Assembly (NCBI RefSeq): GCF_964355755.1
Contig: NC_092676.1
Coordinates: 28,104,871 to 28,168,870, forward strand
Reading direction: 5' to 3'
Length of the DNA: 64,000 bases
Origin: Antedon mediterranea
Taxonomy: Eukaryota > Animalia > Echinodermata
The notes below the pieces were generated by a model that was given only the letters and a program-made list of their open reading frames with translations, was not told the origin of the DNA and searched no databases. Shown here in pieces: positions 11,745 to 26,700 of this stretch. The translations under genes and the position numbers were made by a program. Each line of letters starts with the position of its first letter. The first letter of the stretch is position 1.

Positions 11745-14700
11745 CTATAAGGGACAACAGCCTTCCTTATCAATTCTTTGTTCCACTAAATTCACAGACT
11801 TTTCAATTTCTTTATCTTCTTTTTCCAGCAAGAATCGTCCGATTATGTACATAGCTCTTAGTACATTATCACCATTCTTAGCACTGGTTTCCAAAAATGA
11901 ACAGTCATACGACTACAAGAAAAGAAAGATTTTAATTATTATTCTCTTTATTAATATATGTTTAAATTCCTCAAAAATAAATCTTTTGAGGTATTTACAA
12001 GGCAACCCGGGCAGGTTTTTAATACAAACAAGGTTGAACATATCATTTACAAAGATTGACCAGTGACCACCTCTCCCTTCTTTTCTTCTAATTCTTCTAG
12101 CCTAGACCTGTGGCGTAACAGTGCTCACTGGCTAAACCCCTGATCAGTGCCAAGAGGAGGAACAAGAAAATATGTCGAAAAAGCTAAAAATGCCTGAGGC
12201 CTCCACCTAGGGTTCCTAAACCAAAGGCCTCAGGCATCTGGGGTACGCCACTGACCAAGATATTTCTCTATGTACATTAAATTAATAATTGATACCTCAG
12301 CGAGTTTCCTTGCAACGTCGTCTTTGACTGCTTTGAAGCCATTTTCTTTCACCAAATCTGTCTTGTTGCCAATCATCATCTTCACTATTCCTTCTTCTGC
12401 ATTATCCTATTCAAATGTAATATTTTGTAACATAAATGAGAAATGCTTTAAATTGTTTAAATAGGACTAAAGCTTCGTTCACACAGAGCCTAGATTATGG
12501 CCAGGTGGCTGGATTCTGGCCAGGTGGCTGGATAAAAAAATTGTGAGAAATAGCACTGTTCACACTAAATCATCATGGATTCAGAAAAAATGATGTGTGT
12601 GTGATTGGAAAACATAACAAGCCCAGAGTTCTTTTTTTTTTTTTGGTCACTGGACCGAATGTTGGGTCAATGGGAAAGTAGCTTAGGCCTTACTACTAAA
12701 CTATAGGGGTATGGTTTTTCTTAAAAAGAAATCCCCACTCATAATTGAGTTCACCTAAAATCTTATTACCTGTACACTGTTCATCCAGTTTCTCACACTC
12801 AGGAACGAGCCTTCAGTGTTTACGTCGTACATGATGACAACGCCATCTGCCTTGCGGAAATACTGCTTTGTGATGCTGCGGAATCGTTCCTGCCCTGCTG
12901 TGTCCCATAGCTGTAGTGCCACAATCTTGTTCTCTACTTTCACGGCTTTGATTCGAAAATCCACTCCTGTGAAACACGAATCCAAAAATACTTTACTTTA
13001 CATACTTTATTTTAAAAACTTATTATGATCAATTTCATCATCCACAACCTCAGAACTGTATGAGCTCATATAATTTACCATTACCAACCAACTCTCTAAA
13101 TTTCTCCATACATAGACTCACCCAACACACTATGTAGAAATATCTACACACCACCAATATATGTCCCAATACTTGACAGGCTAAGCACACTTTAATAATA
13201 TACATTAGAATCTGCTTACCTATTGTGGCACAAAATGAATCCTTAAAAGAGTCTGTTGTAAATCGGTGGAGGAATGTTGTCTTTCCAACCCCGGAGTCAC
13301 CAATAAATACGACTTTAAAAACCCTCTCTGGCACCATAGCATCCACACCCACCTGCTACGAAAAAAACCACACATCAATTATGTTTAGATTTGAAATTAT
13401 TCTTATAAAGACTGATTCTGATGGTTCTTAGTTCATTGATTAAAGAAAAGAATAAAAAAAACATCCTGAGAATCAGATCCAGAGAACTTTAATTTTACAA
13501 CAGTAGACCTACTGTACATACGGTAGTCTCATGACCATACCTCTAATAGCTCAGCTTCCATATCAACTTTAGCCTGACATCCTACAGGTTCTACTCTCTC
13601 TGCATCTTGACTACTGCCTGATGTACTCAATCTCGTCCTGGATGCTTTTGGGTCTGAGAAGGCCGAGTTTTCTGAAACTGGTAGGCTAGGAAGGCGTCTA
13701 ATTTTATTACTACTATTGCTACTGTTAGCAATAACAAATTAAGGTGAAAGATAAAAGATAGTAATTGTTAAACAATTATTTTATTCTATGACAGATTTGT
13801 GATTTCTGTCTATTTGTGTTTTCTGCATCTAAAACTAAAAAATACATTTCATTGAACAATACTATCATTAGCCTAAGTGTATTCAATGTATTGTATTCAA
13901 TGTACTGTATGAAGAGTGATAGAACGTACAATGGTATACAGTAGCTATCATTAGCCTAGGTGTATTCAATGTATTGTATTCAATGTATGAAGAGTGATAG
14001 AACATACAATGGTATACAGTAGCTATCATTAGCCTAGGTGTATTCAATGTATTGTATTCAATGTATGAAGAGTGATAGAACATACAATGGTATACAGTAG
14101 CTATCATTAGCCTACGTGTATATATGGTATACAGTAGCTATCATTAGCCTACGTGTATATATGGTATACAGTAGCTATCATTAGCCTAGGTGTATATATG
14201 GTATACAGTAGCTATCATTAGCCTACGTGTATATATGGTATACAGTAGCTATCATTAGCCTAGGTGTATATATGGTATACAGTAGCTATCATTAGCCTAC
14301 GTGTATATATGGTATACAGTAGCTATCATTAGCCTAGGTGTATATATGGTATACAGTAGCTATCATTAGCCTAGGTGTATATATGGTATACAGTAGCTAT
14401 CATTAGCCTAGGTGTATATATGGTATACAGTAGCTATCATTAGCCTAGGTGTATATATGGTATACAGTAGCTATCATTAGCCTAGGTGTATATATGGTAT
14501 ACAGTAGCTATCATTAGCCTAGGTGTATATATGGTATACAGTAGCTATCATTAGCCTACGTGTATATATGGTATACAGTAGCTATCATTAGCCTACGTGT
14601 ATATATGGTATACAGTAGTTACTACAATTTGTTTACTCTTTGTTTATGTCATTAATTAGCAAGTTTTTTTTTAGTATCATACACGACTGCCTCAAACTTT

Positions 14701-17700
14701 TACATTCATTCATTCATCTCTTTATTTTGGAATACCATGATGACATAATATATCCATAGCAAAAGAAAAAAAAATATTAATCTAAGAACTCATATTACAA
14801 AATGATTCAATGAAACTAAAATCATGTTACTGCAGTTTAATAAAAAGTAGTTTAACTGCAGTAACTGCAGTATAATTATTTATGCAAGGTACTTACTGGT
14901 GCTTGAGATCATACTTACAATTCTCTATGAGTGTTCTCATCTAGTGCACCTGATGAATCACCACCATATCCATTCTGTTCTGAGGCAGCAGACCTTCCAT
15001 TTTCTATAGTCTTATTGACTTGACTGTCATTTGAATGCAATGAACTCATTTGAACGCTTTCTACTTGAGCGTTCCTAAATTGAAGCGGAGAGCTTGTCAT
15101 ATACGTTGATCCTGGTTGATTCTCAATGCTTCGCAAAGGATCTTGAGATAGCATACTTAAATTAGAATTAAAATCATTTTGTTGTAAATGCGATAGCGGT
15201 AATTGTTGATTTCTTGCTAATAATGCTGATTGCATAAAATAGTCTTCATCGACTTCAATGCTGTCGTCACTCTCCTCATTTTTGTCTTCATCCTCATCGT
15301 CAAAATCGTCTCTTTCCCCATTACCCATCTCCTCCTCCTCTACACCGTCTAAATTTTGCCGTCCCTCTTTTCGTCCAACGGTTTTCCTTTTAGGTTTCGA
15401 ACTGAAAAGGCAATCAAAATCAGAAGATAAACTATTGAAAACAAAGAAAAAAATAAACTCCTTTAAAAGTTCACACACCGCCAACACAGATACAAGCAAA
15501 TACTTTCACACCAAAATAAACTACTTACATGCATTTGGGTCAAATGTTTTACATCATAATACTGTATATATAAACACAACAGGCACAGAATATATACACA
15601 TAATATAAGTATATCAAATTAAACTGATACATACAATAACACCAAGAACAATGAAATATCATGTCATATAAAACAAAAATGCTATTAAAAATTATTGTCT
15701 ACTTTTATGTTGTTATTTCAAATACAGTCAACTATCTCAAAACTGGTTTGCTTTGTATTAAGAAGAAGAATTAATAAATTGATCCCCCTCCCACTATATT
15801 CAGATTTCGGAATAGTTGACAGTATTTACACTATTTTTTAGCTTTTTTTTTAGCTGCCAAGTTTTCTTTTCACAATAGAACATACTATTATTAATAGCCT
15901 GTTTATTAGTAAACCAATATACAGCAATAATGCATTATGGAACATATAGTGACGGATATTATAGTAAATAATATTGTTAGAGATATAACATTGAGTTACA
16001 GATTAAAAAGAAAGAAATGGATTAAAATACAATATAAAACAGAGTTCACTAGCTTTAAGTGTAACATTCTTTTGAGTTCTTGACCTCTGGACTTGTAGGC
16101 CTACCATTCACATGGCAGAAGACAGGACTTAGAACTTACTTATAAGTCTCTAATAATAAAACTAAAGCAGAAGTAGATTTTTATTTTTTGAGGTAGCTCA
16201 TTAAAAAATATCATAAATGTCAGATAAAATATGTTATAAACTTTAAAATTGTTAATTTATATCAAAGCATGTCGTAATTGCATATCTATTTACAGTATGT
16301 GATTAGACAATTTTCATATTTTTGTTAATATTAATATTGTTATTCATTATTTCTTTTGGTTAAAAGTTATTTTCTAATATAATATATTTTAAATATTGGA
16401 GTTAACTTGACAGTGGAATTAACTTGATGACAGGTCTATTTCAAATTTTGTTTAAAGCTCTGTCTACACTATGAAACTAGTTTGACAAAAAAATGTGATA
16501 TGCCCAAATATGGTAGTGATATGACGTCATCATGTCCATATATAGGAACATCATATTTTGTTGTCACATAAAGTTTGATAGTGTAGACAGAGCTTAACAT
16601 TGATAAAATGCGACACTATGAGAATGACAAGACAAGCAGACTGACAATATGCAAATGAGAATGATGTCATCAGTTGAAAGAATACTATATACCTTGGTGC
16701 GCTGGTAGAGGGACACTCCAAGATAGAGTTGGGGTGAAAGAACTTTGCAGAACACATGGAATGACATGAAAGAGAGAAATACCAACAAAATATGTTGTGA
16801 AATCCCAACAAAATAACCGTGCCTGATTGGTCAATATGTTTAAATTGTGAAATCCCAACAAAATAACTGAGCCCGATTGGTCAATATGTTTAAATTGTGA
16901 AATCCCAACAAAATAACCGAGCCTGATTGGTCAATATGTTTAAAAAGATGAATAATATATGAATATTCATACTCATTTGGTTGTGAAATCCCCACAAAAT
17001 AACCGTGCCTGATTGGTCAATATGTTTTAAAAGATGAATAATATATGAATATTCATACTCATTTGGTTGTGAAATCCCAACAAAATAACCGTGCCTGATT
17101 GGTCAATATGTTTAAAAAGATGAATAATATATGAATATTCATACTCATTTGGTTGTGAAATCCCAACAAAATAACCGTGCCTGATTGGTCAATATGTTTT
17201 AAAAGATGGATAAATATATGAATATTCATACTCATGTGTTCATAATTATATAATAGTTTAAATTAAACCTTGTTTTAACACACACCAAAAACCCACAAAA
17301 AACCTCATCAAATAGCTGTACACTAAACCAATGTGATTTCTCCCTGCAACCCAATCCAAAGCATTGTCGTCAAACATTACACATATTCTCTCCATTTTAT
17401 TAAGCTCTGTCTACACACAAATTGTATGTGACACAAAAATGTGATGTGCACAAATATGGTAGTGATATGACATAATCATGTCCATATATGGGCACATCAC
17501 ATTTTTTTTGTCACATAAAGTTTAATAGTGTAGACAGAGCTGTAAAGCAAATTATTGTTACTATAAAGTAACTATACTTACTTGGTTGGTTGGTCAAAAT
17601 AATTAGACAGGATGGAACCTTGTTTCACCAATTTCCTTGGTCTACTCTTACGAGATGCCTAAAAAATAATAATTAATATAAAAAACCCTTAATCTTCAGA

Positions 17701-20700
17701 TAATAATACTACACTATAGAGTATAGATGTTTGTGTTATGTTGTACCTTTGTGAATTGAACCATGCTACATAAACACTGTGGGACATTTACATGTAGTTA
17801 GACAGTAAGGATGTATGAAGATATAAAACCTTTAAGTTCTGTCTACATTATCAAATTAGTGCGATGTGCCCATATATGGTAGTGATATGCCCAAATATAG
17901 TAGTGATCATCACCATGTCTATATACAGTATGGGCACATCACATGTTTTTGTCAAATAAAGTTTGATAGTGTAAACAGAGCTTTATACTGCAAAGGATGA
18001 TACTAAATTGTTACGACTCACAACACAGATAGATTATTAGAATTCAGTTATATGTTACACTAACAAATATTAATATTATGTGTGATATATAGAATAGCAA
18101 ATAGAACATTCAAAATATAAAACAATGGGGACTTTGCAAACAATTAAATATTATAATACTAATACCACATAATAATAGACACATTGACAAATACAACTGG
18201 AACAAAAAGGATGGTAAGGCCGTTTCCTCTTTGCGACGACCTATGACCTATAAAGCTCTGTCTACACTATCAAACTTTATGTGAAAAAAAATGTGATGTG
18301 CCCAGAGAGATGTAATAAGCTTCGACTATATAATATCATTGAACGTGCCAACATATAAGCATGATGATGTCATATCACTACCATATTTGTGCATATCACT
18401 ACCATATTTGTGCACATCACAAACTAGTTTGATAGTGTAGACAGATTTTTAAGGTCATGGGAATTCATTGTATGTAGTTTGTGGGGGCATTGGGATATCC
18501 TTCCACAATTAATTAGATAGATTCTATGTTCTGACGACCACTAATGAGACATTATGCGTAGGTCGTCGCAAATCAAAACTTCCAAATATATAATATATAT
18601 ATAATTGACACAAAATAAAAACATAATAAACAGTAAAGGAATCTATAAATTCTTACAAAAGGAAAGATGTACGTTTAAACACACTGTACAAACATGCCAA
18701 AATACAATTGATAACACAATAATGAATTGTTAGTGCTATAATAAGAAAATGATGAAGTATTTTATGAAACCAACTACTAGAACTAGTCAACACAATCCAA
18801 CAACATGACAATTATAAACATATATACTGTGTATATAAACATATATACTGTGTATATAAATGCTTTTAAAAATATATTAGACAAAAAATAATTATTGGGA
18901 AATTTAGGTGGGATTTTGTTGAGATAAAAAATGATCCAATTATCCTTTCAAAATTTTGGGGAATTTTTTTGGATTTTGTTGATGTTTTATAAATAAAAAT
19001 GAATTGTTATTGACATCGTTCTAAGAGTTATTAGTAGTGAAGATGTGCCAAATGTCTGCAATTGTTGTTGACATAGTTCTAAGAGTTATTAGTAGTGAAG
19101 ATGTGTCTGCAATTGTTGTTGACATAGTTCTAAGAGTTATTAGTAGTGAAGATGTGTCTGCAATTGTTATTGACATAGTTCTAAGAGTTATTAGTAGTGA
19201 AGATGTGTCTGCAATTGTTGTTGACATAGTTCTAAGAGTTATTAGTAGTGAAGATGTGTCTGCAATTGTTGTTGACATAGTTCTAAGAGTTATTAGTAGT
19301 GAAGATGTGTCTGCAATTGTTATTGACATAGTTCTAAGAGTTATTAGTAGTGAAGATGTGCCAAATGTCTGCAATTGTCTGCACATGGTATACCTCCATT
19401 AACTCCTCTTCCAGACTTGGCGCCCTCTATTATATGATAGAGTCAAAGTAAAAAGACAAGAAAACATTTTAATACAAAACATTAACCCAGAACAAACATG
19501 TAACAAACAACATTATTAATTCACATTTTTAAAATTCATTTAATAATTAAGACAAATTAATTGAATGCATTATAATTGACTGCAATGTACTTCTGAGTGA
19601 TGCAGAAAGTAAACGTTGTCATTTAAGTATGATGATTCACTTCAAACAAAAAGAATACATTCAAGAAAAGTACAACAATAATATTGATAATGATGATTGA
19701 TGTTGGTCATTGAGAATAATCATTGTGGTGGTGGTGATTATGATGATGATGATGAAAATGATTTTGATTGTGATTATGATGATGATGAAAATGATTGTGA
19801 TGATGATGATGATGATGATGATGAAAATGATTGTGATGATGATGATGATGAAAATGATTGTGATGATGATGATGAAAATGATTGTGATGATGATGATGAT
19901 GATGATGATGAAAAAAATGATTGTGATGATGATGAATATGATTGTGATGATGATGATGATGATGAAAATGATTGTGATGATGATGAATATGATTGTGATG
20001 ATGATGATGATTATGATGATGAAACTGATTATGATGATGATGAAAATGTTTTTGATGATGATAACATCAATAAGAATGGCAGTGGTGATACATAAATAAT
20101 ATGATTCAAAAACATAACCATCAGAATAGAAAATTGAGGGAAAAAATGTTATTATTTACAAAACTTCATTACAAACAGGTTACAATTGAATGCAAGAACA
20201 ACATTCATTAAAATCATTATTTGACATATTTGTCACATTTTCTTTAAAAAACATGAGCTTATCGATTCATTTACAATCATAGGCATAAAGAGTATAAAAC
20301 TTTACACTTTACAATAATTGTGAGTAAAATAAAAATAACACAGCAAACACATCAAAAATTGAAATCAAAGGATGGATAGACAGACAATAAAACACAATGA
20401 AAACCATAAAACACTTGTACAAGGAATTAAAATGAAGGAACATGTTTTTGTAAAGTACAATTATCATTGTGGAGACTACAATGAGCACTCTTTGGTGGCA
20501 CAAAAAAGGAATGTTGTTTTTCTAAGGAAAGCATGAGCACCTTATACAGTAGTTGATCTACTTTTAATTGTGAAAAAGTAGGAGAGAAGAATTTAAGATC
20601 ACACTATGTTTTAAAATTCTTTGGTGAAGAGATAAAACAAAATAATACTTTAAGGGGAATGTAGATGGAAGTTTAATTTCAATTGTACTATTTGTTTGTA

Positions 20701-23700
20701 TACAACTACAACTCAACTACAGTATGGTAGGAGAGGAGATTTGCTTACTGTAGATCATATAGGATACTAGTAGTATATTTATTTTATGGGACAGGTTTAT
20801 GGGATCTGAGAGGAATGAGTGAGTGAGTGTACACACTATTACAAATTTGTGCTAAAGGATCTTTCAAAAACGTTGAAAAGATAAAATAAAAACATTCCAA
20901 ATGTACCTTAATTCTATTGAATTCATTTTCAAGTGAGATCTATACGGAGGACAGAAATTAGACACAAAGATATGTAACGTCAAACCAGACACTATTAAAC
21001 CTAACTTTCTTCATTTTTTTACAAATAATGTTGTTGAAAAAGTATTTATCTTAAGTAAAAATAGGATGACATTTAAAGGCCGGCTTTCAATTTAAATGAG
21101 AATTTTGTAATTGTTGATATATGGTTTGGTTTGGCTGACTTGGATGTATTTAATGCAGAGAGGGGGTTGTATAGGGCTACAATAAATGGAACAAGGTATA
21201 AAGCTCTGTCTACACTATCAAACTAGTTTGACAAAAAAAGTGTAATGTGCCTAAATATAGTAGTGAGATACAGTACCCAAATATAGTAGTGGTATGACAT
21301 CATCATGTCCATATATGGGCACATACACAAAGTTTGATAGTGTAGACAGAGCTTAAGATGGTTGGAAGGTTCTGGTAATGAGGTGGTAATGAGGGATATG
21401 ACAATTCAACTAAATAATACCTCTGCATCTTGTGGTACCTGGAGTCAAAAATTATAAATAAACATAATGAAACTTTAGAGAACAAATAATGACAAAACAA
21501 ACAAGAACATATTTGACTGAAATTCAAGCTACAGTACAACCATAATACTGTACATTAGTTCATTCTTCAAGTACTATGGACCACATTATGTAAAATTTAA
21601 AACACAAAAAAACAGGACAAATATGCCATTTTTGTGAATTCAATTTTGAAAGTTAGTTTAAAAAAAGCTCCCAAATAAAATTTTGTTAATAAATGTAAAT
21701 GTTTCTTACCCTTGATTCAGCTTCAAACGCATCTTTTTCATCCTGAAGTTTCTTGTTTACGTCTCTAAAGTAATTAATTAAATAAATTAAAATAAATGAC
21801 TGTTCCCATAGCTACTAAGGCGGACATATTCCAATGACAGAAAACAGACATTCAAACTTTTGGAACATTATGTATGATCCAAAATGGTAACTTACATATC
21901 TGGATGTAATGTTTGCAAGGGTCTTACAAGGGTCAGAGGTTATGAGTATGCAGACTGACAGGCAGAAACAGACATTCAAACACTTGGAACCTTGGGCATA
22001 TCCGAAATGGTAACTTGAACACATGCTACAAATGTACATACATATAGTCAAGTACTTGTGCTAAGACAGGGTAAAATTTTTTTTAAATTAAAAGATAATA
22101 TTTTAGGTTTACCTCAAGACATCCAGCTGATGAACAAGACTTTCTCTCTCACTGGTGATGCCCTGCGTCATCTTTATGGTGTGCCTTTGAAAAAAAAACA
22201 TTTTAAGATATTTTGTACAACTTAAAACTGAACCACTAACTATACTCTTTAAAGCTCTGTCTACACTATCATTATCAAAGTGTATGTGACAAAAAAATGT
22301 GATGTGCCCAAATATGAAATCGTCATGTCTATATATGGGCACATCACTATTTTTTCTCACATAAAGTTGGATAGTGTAGACAGAAATTAAACAATTCTAT
22401 TTACTTACATGGCCCTTTCTTTTTTGTCTCTCTTTATTGTATTTTTCACTTCTTTTAGATACATCCTCTGTTCTTCCAAATTGGTTGTGGTGTCATCTAA
22501 TTGGTCTATTAAAACATCTTTTTCCTGCAAAATTGAATATTTTAATTGTCTAAACTTGTCTAAGATAAATATTAGATAAATCATAAATATAATCAATACA
22601 ATTTTAAAATAGATGAGAATGAACTAAATGAATACCTTCTGCAGTTGTTGATTTTCTTCTTTCATAATTGACTCAGACAAACTAAGATGTTCAAGTTTTG
22701 ATTCCAGCTAAAAAGAGAAACCAACAAGGAACATTTTACAACATTTAATAATAATCGTAATAATTCATTCACTTTATATTGCGCAAATGACGGAGAGAAG
22801 GTATTAAAATTTAACCATAAAGACAGTCTTGATTGTTTTATGGTGACAGTCTGTGGTGCCGTGTTATAGTAACACAGTCTTATGGTGACAGAGCCTATGA
22901 TGACACAGTCTAAAGCTAATACTGTAGTGTAAAACATGCTATGTAAATTACTGTTTAAAATGTCAAAGTTCATAGTTCATTGATTTTTTATTCCAGTATT
23001 GGAATAGATTTGAAAGGTCTTTTACTTAATCATGTTTTTTAAGCAGGTAGTGGTACATCACCATTAGATTACTACTAGGTATATGCTGTAATATTCATGT
23101 CTTCAAGCTGGGTTTCAGGGCTACCTTCAATCGAAGTGGAGTTGTGGCTTGGTACGTGGTTATGATGCTTGGCTACCACTCCAAGGGTCCTGGATTCAAG
23201 TCCCGTCACATGTCAGGATTTTTTCTAAGGACCAAATATACAACTCCACTCCCAAATACTTGTAGTAAGACTTTGTTTATGTAGAGCATCTTGTGTATAT
23301 GTTTGTTTTGTGAACCTCTGAGGGTCCCTAATGATCAGCTGGATGGATCACCCTTATTAAATATGGTTTTAAAAAAAAAATCTTATGTATCATAATAAAA
23401 TAATTAGGAATTAAAACGAGTATAAAATTACATCATACCTCACTATTTCTTATTTGACCAAAATGTTTACCAACCTTAGCCTGTTGCGCCAGTAACTCCC
23501 GTAACTCATTATCTTTCTGCGTAAGTTGTTGTGATAAACTATCCACCACCTTCTTCCCTTTATCCTGTTCCTGTATCAACAAAGGTCGGACAAACACATA
23601 GAAGATATAGATAAAGATCATACCAACGGCATACGTAAATAGATATTCCATGGAAAAAGATTCTTGTTTCGTAGTAATAATATTAAAGATGTCATTAAAC

Positions 23701-26700
23701 AGTGGAACTGTTCAGGAAAATAAACTATGTTTTTTAAAAGGCAGATTCTTTACAACTTTGCCTGATTCTCCCTTGTTAGGCACTATCAACACTGAACTTG
23801 ATTTTTGTGGTTGTCTATTGAACAATACAACTGTCAATGAACTACAAACACAGCTACAATAGCATTGTAATAATTCACTTTTAAATGGTTCACTTGTTTG
23901 ATCTTTATTGTTGGAATAACCTTTAACCTGAAGAAAAAACTCAAATAGGGCAACAGACACCCTTTCATACAGAAGAACATAAATTCTGTAGAATTCTACA
24001 TAGATGATTCTATATCAAACAAGCAAATATATCCTGATATATTCCTTGAAACAGTGGAAATAGACAACTTGTCAAAATAGAAGATTCATTGTCTTCAAAA
24101 CAAAACAAAAATATTCCAGCATCAAAAACTTCTACTTTAGTATATTGCACAGGATACAGCTAATGATCTACAATTGTATCCAGTTAAAACACTGTACAGT
24201 GCAGTGAGAGATCTACAATTGTATCCAGTTTAAACTCTGTACTGTACAGCCAATATGCATTCTTTTTAACACAGTGTGTTTTAAAATTTCACATCTTGAA
24301 TCCGTCTAACATTGCCAAATCCAAAACATCTAGTCACAAAATGAGGGTTGATAGTTCATTAGTTTTTTAAACCTAACCAACAGTTTCAGCCAAAAATCGT
24401 TTCATAATTAAAGATTGTTAAAATAATCTGCCTTGTATTTTTATAGATTTCGATTTTTCAAGGCTGTAATATTGCGTGCTTGAAGTCATTTGAGCTGACA
24501 GATTTAACATTTGCTGGTGGGTAGCAAAGCAGTTTGGTATGATGTCAAGGCAATTCTACAGACTTATCGGAAACAAAATAATACTAATACTGTAATAGGT
24601 TACTAGGGTTGCTATAGCTAATTAAAATAAAAAATTGTCAGGTCAGTTGCAAATCCAAGGGCCCTAAAGCTGCAAATTCAGGGGTCCTGAAGCTGCAGAT
24701 CCAGGGGTCCTGAAGTTGTAGATCTAGGGACCCTGAAGTTTCAAATACAGGGGTTCTGAAGCTACAGATCTATAGGGTCCTGAAGCTACCCATCCAGGGG
24801 TCCTGAAGCTGCACATTCAGGGTACTGAAGCTGTACATTCAGGGGTCCTGAAGCTGCACATCCAGGGGCCTTTTGTAGCTGCAAATTTAGGATCTTAGTT
24901 GCAATCCAGGGATCACACTTCAGCGTTAATTTTGATAATGTATTAACTACATTATTAATTCAAAAATTAACTTTAATGAAAACATTAGGTTGTAGTTAAT
25001 AATGTTTTAAATAGAAAGTTAAACAGAATGTTTTATGAGGTCATTTTTTGGAGGATAAAGTATGACACAATTAATAAGTATTTTACCTCAGCCGCAATTC
25101 TGTCTTTCTCCATTTTTAATTGATGTTCCATTTCTTCATAAAGTTTTCTCACTTCTTGGTCATGTATTACTGACCGACTGTAAAAAATAACTTATATTTA
25201 GAAATAAAGGTATGGTTGCAGATGAAAGAAGTCTCTATAGAAAAAGAAAACCTTTACAGTCTAACCAGCCTAAAGCCCGGCGCACACTAGAGCTTCCGGC
25301 TGAGCCAACTGGCACGAGTAACACTTTGCTCACAGTGTGCGCCGGAGAATTCGTGAGGAATCGGCCATGCCTCAAGTGTGCGCCGAATGTGAGCTTCCTG
25401 CTCACTAAAAAATTCCACTGCACATGACATGTTCTGATTTATTATAATATGTCAGCGCGTGCCGTATAGCGTATTAAGTAACTATCCAATCAGAAAATCG
25501 CGTTTAGTGTGCGTCCGATAGAACGCGATCACAATTTGCGGCAAATTTTTTAGTCAGCCAAGTGTTACTCGTGCCAGTTGGCTCAGCCGAAAGCTATAGT
25601 GAGCGCCAGGCTTAAGATGTCAGAGGCCCTTGGAAGCAGTTCTGGTGACTAAAGTATAATTCCAAATAATCTTGGAGCTATAGCTCTATCCATTTGAAAA
25701 GATTAAATCTATAATTGTAAGGAGATGAAATATTTAATATAAATGTTACACTTACGATTTGAGTGCGTTTTCTAGTTCGTCTGTATTGTGTTGTACTTGT
25801 CTTACATCCACTGATATTTTCTGCATAAAATCTTCAAAACGATTTAACAAATCAGGCTGATTCTCTTGTTTCAAATGTGTCCAGATTTCACGGGCTAACT
25901 CGTGACTAATAAAACAAAATTACAGTTTTGGTTATCACTATCAATAGGAATTGTAGTAATAATGGTACCTTTAAGATTACACGATGTTTTACCACATTAT
26001 CGGAAGAAGTAGAGGGTGGTCTGCCTTTGGAGCTTGAAATGAAAATATTCACCAAGACAACAAAACCACCAACATCTAAAAATATTTCTATTAACAAATA
26101 ACTGACAGTCAGGGGGAAAATGGCAAAATGCTTTCTTCTTTCTAGGAGTTTTATGTAATCTATATTGTTGTGACAACTCTTGTAATAACATGACCATATT
26201 GCTGATTTTGCCATTTTCCCCTAACTGATGATGAATTAATGGTTAAAATAGTTTGCTTTCAAAAAAGTATACTTAAAACAACCCATACAGTACATTAACT
26301 GCTGTAAACCAAAAAGCCAAGAATTAGTAAAGTTAGTAAAAATAAACACCAGAAACGAAATCAAATACCTGTGTTCTCCTCCAATGCTGTGGGAAGAAAA
26401 TGACTGGTGAAAATATTGGATAAATCACAACTATTTTGATATCAATATGATAAGGAACTTGAAGGTACTGTACAGTATACAAATTTAAAAGCCACAAGGG
26501 TTATTTATATACAACCTCAATCAACCAAAGGTCACAGATTACAGTATTATTATCTCCAATAATATGTTTACAGACACAATTTTATCAGTAATCAAAAGAC
26601 AGTTCATTCACAAATTCACAGGAATCCAATTCAGCATTTCATTTTTACAAGTTTAGGCCCTGCAATTCCACCCCCGCCCCCAGTCAAAATTTTGGGTCCA

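Noticed and set aside
12108-12254. Possible hAT-type element with ctgtggcgta / tacgccactg ends
   Set aside because: Short imperfect TIR and only a partial 8-bp TSD match; too weak to call.
14897-14918. Second donor 22 nt beyond the large acidic Rab exon
   Set aside because: It lies past an in-frame TAA; only the donor after 14919 keeps the frame.
16048-16742. Additional Rab-gene exon candidates at about 16742-16693 and 16110-16095
   Set aside because: Weak splice sites; neither preserves frame alone, and no homology supports them.
19021-19402. Repetitive ORFs on both strands
   Set aside because: Produced by a 51-bp minisatellite whose unit length is a multiple of 3.
19697-20099. Poly-Asp and poly-Met ORFs (possible acidic biomineral protein)
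   Set aside because: Translations of an intronic (GAT)n microsatellite; no signal peptide or supporting exon structure.
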